DNA of 32,000 nucleotides from NCBI GenBank assembly GCA_934613415.1, contig CAKTSY010000002.1, forward strand, positions 390,001 through 422,000, written 5' to 3'. Below the pieces are notes generated by a model. The model saw only the letters and a list, made by a program, of their open reading frames with translations, had not been told where the DNA came from and made no database searches. Made by a program: the position numbers and the translations under genes. This document shows positions 17,307 to 25,080 of this stretch, one piece after another. The stretch is from an uncultured Opitutales bacterium. GTDB taxonomy: Bacteria; Verrucomicrobiota; Verrucomicrobiia; Opitutales; Intestinicryptomonadaceae. Numbering within the stretch: the first letter of the stretch is position 1; each line of letters starts with the position of its first letter.

Positions 17307-17579
17307 CTACGATACTTTCTTTAAATGTTCTATCAATTCGTCTACAAGCTTTGTGTCTTTGTGGGCTAGGGCGTTGGATATGCAGCCTTTCATATGCGCG
17401 CTTAAAACTTCTAGCCATACGCCGTGCAACGCGCCCGATGCCGAGTTTATCTGGCGCAGAATGTCTATGCATTCAGCATCTGTATCTATCATTTTTTGAA
17501 GTCCCCTCATTTGGCCTTCAAGCCTTTTAAGGCGGGTTATAAGTTTTTTCTTTTCTTCGGGTGTTCTACAGTGCGACAT
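17307..17579 (-). CDS. CsoR/RcnR-family (DUF156) metal-sensing transcriptional repressor (90 aa)
   Basis: Typical length and helices (LKRLEGQMRGLQKMI, AECIDILRQINSASGAL). Candidate ligand set is His3-Cys37-His62-Cys66. Its stop lies 1 nt before the ATPase start codon, so the two form an operon. Confidence 0.85.
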   Translation of the reverse strand: MSHCRTPEEKKKLITRLKRLEGQMRGLQKMIDTDAECIDILRQINSASGALHGVWLEVLSAHMKGCISNALAHKDTKLVDELIEHLKKVS

Positions 17580-17619
17580 AACTATTTGTTTTTTAATAAC
17601 AGTTTTTTCTGAAATTATT

Positions 17620-17645
17620 TATAGGGTATGGGGGTATACCCTATA
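17620..17645 (-). promoter_or_regulatory. candidate CsoR/RcnR operator: TATAGGGTAT-GGGGGT-ATACCCTATA
   Basis: Perfect 10-nt inverted arms flank a G5 tract, 41-66 nt upstream of the repressor ATG (17579). The layout is the same as G-tract type-1 operators described for RcnR (TACT-G6-N-AGTA). Confidence 0.5.
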
Positions 17646-17713
17646 AAACGGAAAGTCAACAAATTTTAAAAAATTTTTTGAGGAAAAACAAAATTTCGGT
17701 TGCAACTGAATGC

Positions 17714-17742
17714 AAAAAAACGCCCGAAATATTGTTCGGGCG
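17714..17742 (-). terminator. rho-independent terminator after the nucleoside hydrolase gene
   Basis: On the minus strand: CGCCCGAA-caatat-TTCGGGCG followed by U7 (complement of A7 at 17714-17720). It lies about 30 nt downstream of the stop at 17773. Confidence 0.6.
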
Positions 17743-17772
17743 TTAAATGTGCAAGCTTCGCTGGATTTTAAG

Positions 17773-18789
17773 TTAAGGCTCTTTGGGCGATAAAACCGCG
17801 GCGTCTAGCGCATCGGTAACAAGAGGTTCTGAGCCTTTCTTTAGTATAAGGAAGCGGTGTTTGCCGTCTTTGTTTGCCGTAAAATCGGTTCTAATTTTAT
17901 CGTTTACGCAAACAGTTCCTCGTTCCGATATGTCGAAAATTTCGGGGTTAAAGACGTATAACACGCTTGTTAAGTCCCACGTTCTGGCGTTGCCGTGCAC
18001 GCCTGCATACAGTATATAGGCTTCCTTTAAGGGGTTCTTATCGGAAAGGGCATTTAAAATTTTCTTGCCCGTAACGCCCACTTCTTCGCCCACTTCAAAG
18101 CCGCTAAAAACAATGTCTACAGGGCAGTTTTGCACGAAATAGCGTGCTGAATTGGGGTCGTTATAAACGTTAAATTCGGGATTGTTGCGCTTAGCTCTTT
18201 TAGAAAGCCCGAATTGTCCCGCCATAACCGAAAAAAACTTTACTTTTTTTGCAACAAGTTCTGTTCCGCTTAGGGGGGAAATGTCGTCGGGGGCGGACTT
18301 AAGCAGGGCTGCAACGTTTGTAGAAAAGCCAACGCTAATATATACAACGGAGTTGTCGGCACACTCAGACAATGTTTTTCTTGCAAGTTTTACGGGGTCT
18401 ATTAGCTCGTATCCGTTAAATATGGTGCGCTTGTATTTGTAGGAGTTGTCGGCATTTTTTGCGTTCGCAATTTTGCCTATAAACTTTCCGTTTGGGTGCT
18501 CGTTTTTGTGTGCCGTGTTTTTTGGGGCATTTTTTGCTGCCGCTATGGGAACGTTTATGTTGTAGTGGCAGTTTTGTATGGAAACGTATACCGCAGAATA
18601 GGGGTTGTCTTTATTGATAAGAATTGCCTTTATGTCGGCAAGGCCCTTTTGCTGGTAGCCGTATAGCATATTTAAGGCCAATGCATCGTCTACGTCGTTG
18701 CCCATATCGGTGTCGAAAATTATGTTTGTTTTAGCCTGTGCAAGCGCGCAAACAAAGCACAATGCAAATGTAAAAAAAATCTCTTTCAT
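17773..18789 (-). CDS. secreted inosine/uridine-preferring nucleoside hydrolase family protein (338 aa)
   Basis: Signal peptide MKEIFFTFALCFVCALAQA, then the family N-terminal Asp cluster IIFDTDMGNDVDDALAL (DxDxxxDD). Confidence 0.8.
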   Translation of the reverse strand: MKEIFFTFALCFVCALAQAKTNIIFDTDMGNDVDDALALNMLYGYQQKGLADIKAILINKDNPYSAVYVSIQNCHYNINVPIAAAKNAPKNTAHKNEHPNGKFIGKIANAKNADNSYKYKRTIFNGYELIDPVKLARKTLSECADNSVVYISVGFSTNVAALLKSAPDDISPLSGTELVAKKVKFFSVMAGQFGLSKRAKRNNPEFNVYNDPNSARYFVQNCPVDIVFSGFEVGEEVGVTGKKILNALSDKNPLKEAYILYAGVHGNARTWDLTSVLYVFNPEIFDISERGTVCVNDKIRTDFTANKDGKHRFLILKKGSEPLVTDALDAAVLSPKEP

Positions 18790-19172
18790 GCAAAAAATTT
18801 TTGGCTACTTTAAAAAGATAGTCAAATTCAATAATGCAAAAATTTGGCATACATTTTATAGTTGAAAAAAGACGAAGCAAAAAAGTTAGACAAATCTAAT
18901 ATTTTTTCTTGACAAGTTAGAAGCGCCTAATTTTATTTGGCGGGAAAATGAAATTCGACTCCGACAAAAAGGCAGAAAACTGTGCGGCGCAAAACAAAGG
19001 CAGCAGCAGCAGTGCCTGCGCAAATTGCAAAGGCGGCGTTGGCATTGTAAAAAGCCCTCTGGGAAAACTTGTCTCGGCAATGGGGGCTAGGGCAACATTC
19101 GGCGGCCTGAAAATTTTTTGCAAATAAAGTTAGATTAACCTAATAAATTTTTATAATACAAAACCAACAAAA

Positions 19173-20435
19173 ATGAACAGCATAAACAACAAAGTTATAG
19201 CAGCCTCGCTAGGCTCGATTTTAACTATGGCTACTTTTGCCAATGCACAAGAAGCCGTACAAACTCTGGCAAAAGAGGAAGCGCCGCAGTCGTGGTACGA
19301 ACGCGACAGCCTCTTTTTGGCTTCGGCAACCGAAAGCGTTTCCGAAAAGACGGGCTTTACCCCCGCCCTTACCTGGACGGGAGAAGTTTGGGGCGACGTT
19401 TCCAATAAAAACAATATGAATTCGTTTGTAGACTCGCTCTTTACTATAGAAGTAGAGCAGGATTTGTCGGTATTGTCGGGCAAAGACAATATGGGCAGAA
19501 TCGGCGTTAGCGCATTCTACTACAACCAAACCCACGGCGGCGCGTTGGAAAATGTAGACTCTTCGCAAGGCTACATAAGCAACATTGTTGCCGGCGATAT
19601 GGCAAGGGTTTTCGAAATCTACTACGCCAACGAATTCGAAACAAAGGCTGGTACTTTCGGCTTTAGAATAGGCCAGCTTGCAGCCGACGAAGACTTTATG
19701 GGTATGGATTATTCCGACACATTCTTGAATTCGTCTTTCGGCGCAATGCCCAACATTGCTCCCGGCAATTTGTTCTCGCAATACAACGTTGCAACTCTTG
19801 GTTTGGTTGTATACTACACCTACGACAATTTCGACGCAACGTTCGGCGTATATAACGGCAACATCGGCGAAGACATTTCTTCGAACAACGGTTTCGACTA
19901 TAAAAATACTTTCGACACGGTTGCATTTTGGTATCAGTTCGGCTACAACTACAAAGTTGGCGGATTGGACGGCCGCGTAATGGTTGGTGGCAACTATCAC
20001 AGCGACCCGAGCAAGGCTAACTTCGAACAAGGCACAAAAAGCAACTTCTATTCGTTCTATGCAGGCATTCAGCAGGCACTGGTTAACGACGACGAAGGCA
20101 ACGCAAAATTCGGCGTATACGGCAGAGTTGGCTTCGTTCCCGATGCAGAACAATCGGACAACAACTTCTATGCCGACTTCGGCTTTAACTGGTTTGCCCC
20201 CATTCCCTGCAGAGAAAACGACGTATTTGCGGCAGGCTTTTCGGTTATAGAAAACGAAAGAACGGCCCGCGACGACTATGCGCACTACGAAGGTACTTTG
20301 GAAGTTACATACAGATGCCAAATTACCCCCGCAATCTCGTTCCAGCCCGATTTCCAAATTTACTTTAACCCGGCAACTCGCGACGACTGCGGCGCAGTAT
20401 ATGTAGCGGGCGCAAGGCTTGAAGTTGTATTCTAA
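19173..20435 (+). CDS. outer-membrane beta-barrel porin, OprB (carbohydrate-selective) family-like (420 aa)
   Basis: Signal peptide ...LTMATFANAQE, alternating aromatic/Gly beta-strand pattern and terminal ...ARLEVVF (C-terminal Phe). The OprB assignment rests on overall resemblance only. Confidence 0.6.
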   Translation: MNSINNKVIAASLGSILTMATFANAQEAVQTLAKEEAPQSWYERDSLFLASATESVSEKTGFTPALTWTGEVWGDVSNKNNMNSFVDSLFTIEVEQDLSVLSGKDNMGRIGVSAFYYNQTHGGALENVDSSQGYISNIVAGDMARVFEIYYANEFETKAGTFGFRIGQLAADEDFMGMDYSDTFLNSSFGAMPNIAPGNLFSQYNVATLGLVVYYTYDNFDATFGVYNGNIGEDISSNNGFDYKNTFDTVAFWYQFGYNYKVGGLDGRVMVGGNYHSDPSKANFEQGTKSNFYSFYAGIQQALVNDDEGNAKFGVYGRVGFVPDAEQSDNNFYADFGFNWFAPIPCRENDVFAAGFSVIENERTARDDYAHYEGTLEVTYRCQITPAISFQPDFQIYFNPATRDDCGAVYVAGARLEVVF

Positions 20436-20478
20436 AATTTCCTTTTTTGGTACGATTTTTATCTGTTGAACAATCTTC

Positions 20479-20510
20479 ATGCGCACTCTTTTAGGGTGCG
20501 CATTTTTTTT
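20479..20510 (+). terminator. rho-independent terminator after the porin gene
   Basis: Stem ATGCGCAC (20479-20486) / GTGCGCAT (20496-20503), running into T8. Confidence 0.65.
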
Positions 20511-20556
20511 GTTGCGTTTGCCCGCCTAAGGCGCAAAAAATTCATTAAAAAAAGAT

Positions 20557-20946
20557 ATGTGGCAAATATATGCATTGCTTTCGGCGTTTTTTGCGGCGCT
20601 TACCGCCATATTGGCAAAAGTCGGCGTATAAAACGTAAATTCCAATTTGGCTACGGCCGTAAGAACAACCGTTATTTTGGCCTTTACATGGGGCATTGCC
20701 CTTTGCACCGTGCCGCTAAAATCCGGTTCGGCAATAAGCTGGCACACCATGCTTTTTTTGGTGTTGCTGGGTTTTGTAACTGGGGCATCGTGGTTGTTCT
20801 ACTTTAAGGCGCTGCAGTTGGGCGATGCCTCTAAAGTTGCCCCTGTAGACAAGCTTAGCGTTGTTGTGTTGGGTGAACCTTTAAGCTGCAAAACGCTTGT
20901 AGGCGGGCTTTTAATAGTTGCAGGCCCGCTTGTTTTTGCATTGTAG
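20557..20946 (+). pseudogene. small single-EamA-domain (DMT superfamily) transporter interrupted by an in-frame TAA
   Basis: ATG at 20557 gives MWQIYALLSAFFAALTAILAKVGV, then TAA (20629-20631). The same frame continues NVNSNLATAVRTTVILAFTWGIAL...GASWLFYFKALQLGDASKVAPVDKLSVVVLGEPLSCKTLVGGLLIVAGPLVFAL. The track only shows the TTG-initiated distal part (20647-20946). Confidence 0.7.
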
Positions 20947-20961
20947 ATGCGCCGCGCGCTA

Positions 20962-22173
20962 TTATTTGCCCAACAAAGTTTCGTAAAGTTTTATATAGTC
21001 TAAAAACCTGTCTTTTTCGTCGAATTCGGCAAGTGCCTTTTTTCGGCAAGCTTCGGCGTAGTTAGATTTGCCATTTTTTAATATTTCGCCTATTGCATTC
21101 AACAAGGCGGTTAAGTTGCCTTGTTCAACTATAATCCCCGTCTTAGCGTTTATAGATTCTGGGCAACCGCCCGTGTTGTACGACACAACTGGTGTTGCGC
21201 ACGAAATCGCCTCGCGATTCACCATTCCAAGAGCTTCAAGGTAGGTCGGGTTTGCAAATACATCGGCAATCGAATATAGCTTTGCCAGTTCAGCTTGGTT
21301 TTCGGTACGTTCTATGCCTATTATATTGTGTTTTGCCAGCTCGCTTTTTTGGGATTTATTTACGCCCACTAAAACTATTTGCGCGTCGTTTAGCCTTTGG
21401 GCAAGATTTATAAAATCGTTGTAGCCTTTGCTTTGGCTCCACACATTGGCAACGCCCAAAACTATTTTTTTATCGGGCAAGGCAAACTTTGCTTTTATAT
21501 TTTTTAAGTCTGTTTGCGGTGCAAAAAGTTTGGTGTTTATGCCGTTGTGTATTACAACGCTTTCGCGGTTTGAAAAAATCGACTTTTTAAGAAGATTGTC
21601 TAGCCAGTGCGAAACGGGCACCATTGTAAGATTTTTTGCATTTTGCGCAAAACGCTTTTTGCATAGAAAATTGTTTTTTGAATTGTCGAACAAAAGCGAT
21701 TTTGGGTAGTCGTGCTTTTTGGGGCAGTTGTGGCAAAGAGTTTGCCACTTTTTGCAGTTGTCAAAATGCGCGCAATGCCCCGTAAACGACCAGCAATCGT
21801 GCAAAGTCCAAACAACTTGGGTGTCGATTTTTAAAAGAAATTCGAATAAGTCGGGGCAGTTTAAATAATATCCGTGCAGGTTGTGAAGGTGTATTATGTC
21901 GGGCTTTTCGGCTTTTATAAGGCTAATTAAACGCTTTGTTGCAAGTTTGGAAAACGGCGAATCGCTGTCGAAAAAGCGTGTCCAAGCAACATTTGCAAAA
22001 ATTTCGGCATTGCTTGCCAACTTTGCTTTTTTCAGCCGGCTAATTCTTTCTTTTCTGCCGAATGCCGATATTGCCTTCCAGCCGAGATTTTGGGCTGCAA
22101 CGCCAATGCTTTCTACAATCTTTCCCGTAGAGCCGCAGTTGCCAACCGTATTTACCTGTAGCAAAGTTTTCAT
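20962..22173 (-). CDS. glycosyltransferase, GT4 (GT-B fold) family (403 aa)
   Basis: Start taken at MKTLLQVNTVGNCGSTGKIVE (ATG at 22173). The C-terminal half has the GT1/GT4 pattern ...ADVFANPTYLEALGMVNREAISCATPVVSYNTGGCPE. The 69-codon upstream extension in the track ORF has no homology-like features and crosses the divergent promoter. Confidence 0.8.
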   Translation of the reverse strand: MKTLLQVNTVGNCGSTGKIVESIGVAAQNLGWKAISAFGRKERISRLKKAKLASNAEIFANVAWTRFFDSDSPFSKLATKRLISLIKAEKPDIIHLHNLHGYYLNCPDLFEFLLKIDTQVVWTLHDCWSFTGHCAHFDNCKKWQTLCHNCPKKHDYPKSLLFDNSKNNFLCKKRFAQNAKNLTMVPVSHWLDNLLKKSIFSNRESVVIHNGINTKLFAPQTDLKNIKAKFALPDKKIVLGVANVWSQSKGYNDFINLAQRLNDAQIVLVGVNKSQKSELAKHNIIGIERTENQAELAKLYSIADVFANPTYLEALGMVNREAISCATPVVSYNTGGCPESINAKTGIIVEQGNLTALLNAIGEILKNGKSNYAEACRKKALAEFDEKDRFLDYIKLYETLLGK

Positions 22174-22309
22174 AATACTTATAATAAGTATGCAAAATTG
22201 CACTTTACAATGCAAGCAATCTATGGCGCAATTATTTATTGCATTTTTAAAAATTTGCCGGTGAAATGCGAAAACTATAACACAAGCTTGCACTCTAAAT
22301 TTGTTTTCT

Positions 22310-23424
22310 ATGTACAACAAAAACACCCTAGCTCGCCAAAGCAATTTCGAATTGTTGCGGCTTCTTGCCATTTTCAGCATTATTATTTCGCACGTTGCAT
22401 TCCACGGGTGCGATATACGGTCTATAGATTATATGATGCCTTCGGCGAGCGCGCTGTTTGCAAAACTATGTACTCTTGGCGGCGAATTTGGCGTGGATTG
22501 CTTTATTTTGATTTCGGGATATTTCCTTTGCGGGCAACAGTTTAAGCTTTCAAGGCTGGTAAATTTGTTTGTGTTTGTATTTTTATATTCGGTTTCGTTG
22601 CTGTTGGTTTATATCGTAATAGTCAAATGGTTTAATTTGCCCCTTACATTTTCTGGCAAAGACATTCTAAAGTGCGTTTTCCGATATCTATGTGGACATA
22701 TTGGTTTATAACGGCATACGCAATATTGTATGCAATGTCAGCACTGTTAAACGCTGTTATCGACAATATAGACGAAAAGGTTTACAAGACGCTTTTGGTA
22801 GTTGGTTTTTTATATGTTTGCATAAGACCAATGCTTTTTGTTTCCGATACTTCTGCTATTGTCACTTTTGTTTTCCTATATCTGCTCGGCGCATTTGTTA
22901 AGAAACATAAAATAAAGATGCTTGAAAAGCGACCGCTTTGCATAAATATTTGCACGCTTTTTTGTGCGGTTTCATTTACCTTGCTTGCAATATGTTTGGC
23001 CGTTGTGTTTGGTCAAAGGCTTTTGCTTAAAGCAGCATCGTATCCTATGGCAAACTACAGCTTTTTTATGGTTGTATTGTCGCTTTCAATATTTGCGGTG
23101 TTTAGCAGATTGCAGATTAGTTCACATTCTGTAAACTATGTAGCAAAATCGGTTTTTGCGGTTTACATAATACACGAACACCCCTTGCTTAAAGAGATTA
23201 TCTGGCAATATATTTTCCCTTTAAAAGATTATATGGGTTCAAAATGGTTTCTTTTTGAATTTGTGTTTGCTTGCGCGGCTTTGTTTATTGCTTGCTTTGC
23301 GGCTGATTTGCTGCGGCGAAAGGTTGCGGAAATTTTGCGCATAAATGTTTTATATTCAAAACTTATCCAAAAAATAACCCACGTTATAGAAGCTTTTTTC
23401 GGGTTTTTAACGTCTAAAATTTGA
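22310..23424 (+). pseudogene. acyltransferase family 3 (membrane O-acyltransferase, OafA/WecH-like) with a 1-nt frameshift
   Basis: The N-terminus MYNKNTLARQSNFELLRLLAIFSIIISHVAFHG is typical of acyltransferase-3. The frame changes at the T4C2 tract 22677-22682: ...KDILKCVF | PISMWTYWFITAYAILY.... The two track ORFs (22301-22711 and 22672-23424) join into one ~371-aa, ~10-TM protein if one base is added. Confidence 0.7.
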
Positions 23425-23533
23425 GGCTGCAAAATTTTAGAGTGAGTTTTTTAACATATTGCATATAAATAAGTTAAAAATATTTAATTTTTTTGTTGAT
23501 GTGGGCAAATCGCTTGGGTAGAAACTCTCGCGT

Positions 23534-24250
23534 ATGAAAAAAACTGTTATATTTTGTTCGGTGGTAGTTGCCCTCGCTTTGATAGCGTGTGCTGCAATTT
23601 TGGTTAAACCTAGCATTGTTTTGCGCAATGGTAGCGGGGTAAGGGTAAAGGGAACGGCTGTTGCACGCGTGCAAAGCGACGCTATGGCGTGGTCGGGCTC
23701 GCTAGACGGTGAACTAAAACCCACAATAAAAGAGGCGGTTTGCCAGGTGGAAAAGCACGCCGCTTTGGCAAAAGAGCTTTTTGCAAAAAACAAACTGGGC
23801 AATGTGGAATTTAGCACAACCCGTTGGTTTACAACCTACAAAAAAGTTGACGGCAAAGAGACAAACGAAATAGAAGGATATACCGCTTCAATATATCTTT
23901 CGTTTAAGCCCAAAACTTTGGAGCAGGCAAAAAAACTTTCCGAGTGTATTGGCGAATTGCTTAAAAACAACGTTTCGGCATATGACAACGGAACAAGCTA
24001 CTTCTATACAAAGCTTGAATCGCTTAAAATGCAGTTGCTTGAAAAAGCCGCCGCCAACGCAAAGGAAAGGGCGCAAAAACTGGTTTCGGGCAGCGGTTCT
24101 AAATTGGGCGGCGTAATTTCGGCCTCGCAGGGCGTATTTCAAATCACTCCCCCGCTTTCGACCAATACAAGCGATTGGGGCACCTACGATACTACTACCT
24201 GCGAGAAAGACGTAAAGTGCGTTGTAACTATGGAGTTTGCCACAAAATAA
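23534..24250 (+). CDS. SIMPL/DUF541-like periplasmic protein (238 aa)
   Basis: N-terminal anchor/signal MKKTVIFCSVVVALALIACAA. The overall pattern, including ...AAANAKERAQKLVSGSGSKLGGVISASQGVFQITPP, resembles SIMPL-domain (BP26-like) proteins. The assignment is tentative. Confidence 0.45.
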   Translation: MKKTVIFCSVVVALALIACAAILVKPSIVLRNGSGVRVKGTAVARVQSDAMAWSGSLDGELKPTIKEAVCQVEKHAALAKELFAKNKLGNVEFSTTRWFTTYKKVDGKETNEIEGYTASIYLSFKPKTLEQAKKLSECIGELLKNNVSAYDNGTSYFYTKLESLKMQLLEKAAANAKERAQKLVSGSGSKLGGVISASQGVFQITPPLSTNTSDWGTYDTTTCEKDVKCVVTMEFATK

Positions 24251-24272
24251 TTTAAAAAAATTGGGTACACTT

Positions 24273-24311
24273 GGCGGCATATCCGTTTTTTTTTGATATG
24301 CCGCTTTTTTT
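24273..24311 (+). terminator. rho-independent terminator
   Basis: Stem GGCGGCATATC (24273-24283) / GATATGCCGC (24295-24304), followed by T7. Confidence 0.65.
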
Positions 24312-24428
24312 GCGCGCCAAATTTTGGAAAAAGGCACAAAAAGGCAAGTTTTTGAAAGGAACAACTATTTACAGCTTTGAAAATTTTTTGTACCATATTG
24401 CGAAAACAAAAATTCAAGAAAACAAACT

Positions 24429-24995
24429 ATGGAGCTTAAGGAATTTTTAGATTATGTAAAACTGCAAAAACCGCTTAATACGTCCGAAATTTTTGCCTTT
24501 ATGAACAAGGCAAGCGAAAGGGCGCGCAGCATTACTTTTAAGCTTAATTCGGCATACAAAACGCAAGGCGAAATTAGGGAAATTTTGTCGGAGTTGTTCG
24601 GGTATAAGGTAGAAGAAATCCTTAGGGTATTCCCTCCTTTTTACAGCGACTTTGGGCAAAATATAAAGATTGGCAAAAACGTTTTTATAAACGCGTGCTG
24701 CCAGTTTCAAGACCACGGCGGCATAAGCATTGGCGACGGCTGCCAAATTGGCCACAGCGTTGTTTTTGCAACGCTTAACCACGGCATTTTGCCCGAGCAA
24801 AGGCAATATACAATTCCGGCTTTTATAACGCTTGGCAAAAATGTGTGGGTAGGCTCTAACAGCACAATTTTACAGGGCGTAAATATTGGCGACAACGCCA
24901 TTGTGGCCGCAGGGGCAGTTGTTGTAAAAGACGTTCCAGCAAACACAATAGTTGGCGGCGTTCCTGCAAAAGAGATACGGAAAATCTGCCAATAG
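24429..24995 (+). CDS. sugar O-acetyltransferase, maltose/galactoside acetyltransferase (Maa/LacA)-like left-handed beta-helix (188 aa)
   Basis: Mac-type N-terminal region, then hexapeptide repeats ([75 protein letters not shown]). Confidence 0.85.
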   Translation: MELKEFLDYVKLQKPLNTSEIFAFMNKASERARSITFKLNSAYKTQGEIREILSELFGYKVEEILRVFPPFYSDFGQNIKIGKNVFINACCQFQDHGGISIGDGCQIGHSVVFATLNHGILPEQRQYTIPAFITLGKNVWVGSNSTILQGVNIGDNAIVAAGAVVVKDVPANTIVGGVPAKEIRKICQ

Positions 24996-25080
24996 TTTTT
25001 TTGCTTTTTACGAAACCTTTTTGTTTATTGGGTGTTTTATTGGGCATAAACCAATCCCAAAAAAATAAAAAGGTTTTTAT

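Noticed and set aside
19221-20486. A 421-aa ORF on the minus strand almost exactly co-extensive with the 420-aa porin gene.
   Set aside because: It lies in exact codon register with the plus-strand gene; both partition the sequence at positions divisible by 3. Its openness therefore only means that the porin frame contains no TTA, CTA or TCA codons in that span. This is a codon-bias effect that is plausible for a highly expressed OMP. The antisense product is Val/Arg/Cys-rich low-complexity sequence with no signal peptide or motif. The plus-strand product has a signal peptide, beta-barrel periodicity and a C-terminal Phe.
20629-20631. The in-frame TAA in the EamA gene as programmed readthrough or recoding.
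   Set aside because: TAA is the usual stop codon in neighbouring genes, and no recoding signal (SECIS-like structure or slippery site) is visible. A nonsense mutation or a base-call error is the simpler explanation.
22174-22380. A 69-codon N-terminal extension of the glycosyltransferase ORF (track 20962-22380).
   Set aside because: The extension crosses the divergent promoter region and overlaps the acyltransferase start. GT4 enzymes of this type begin at the MKxLLxVNTV... segment (ATG 22173).
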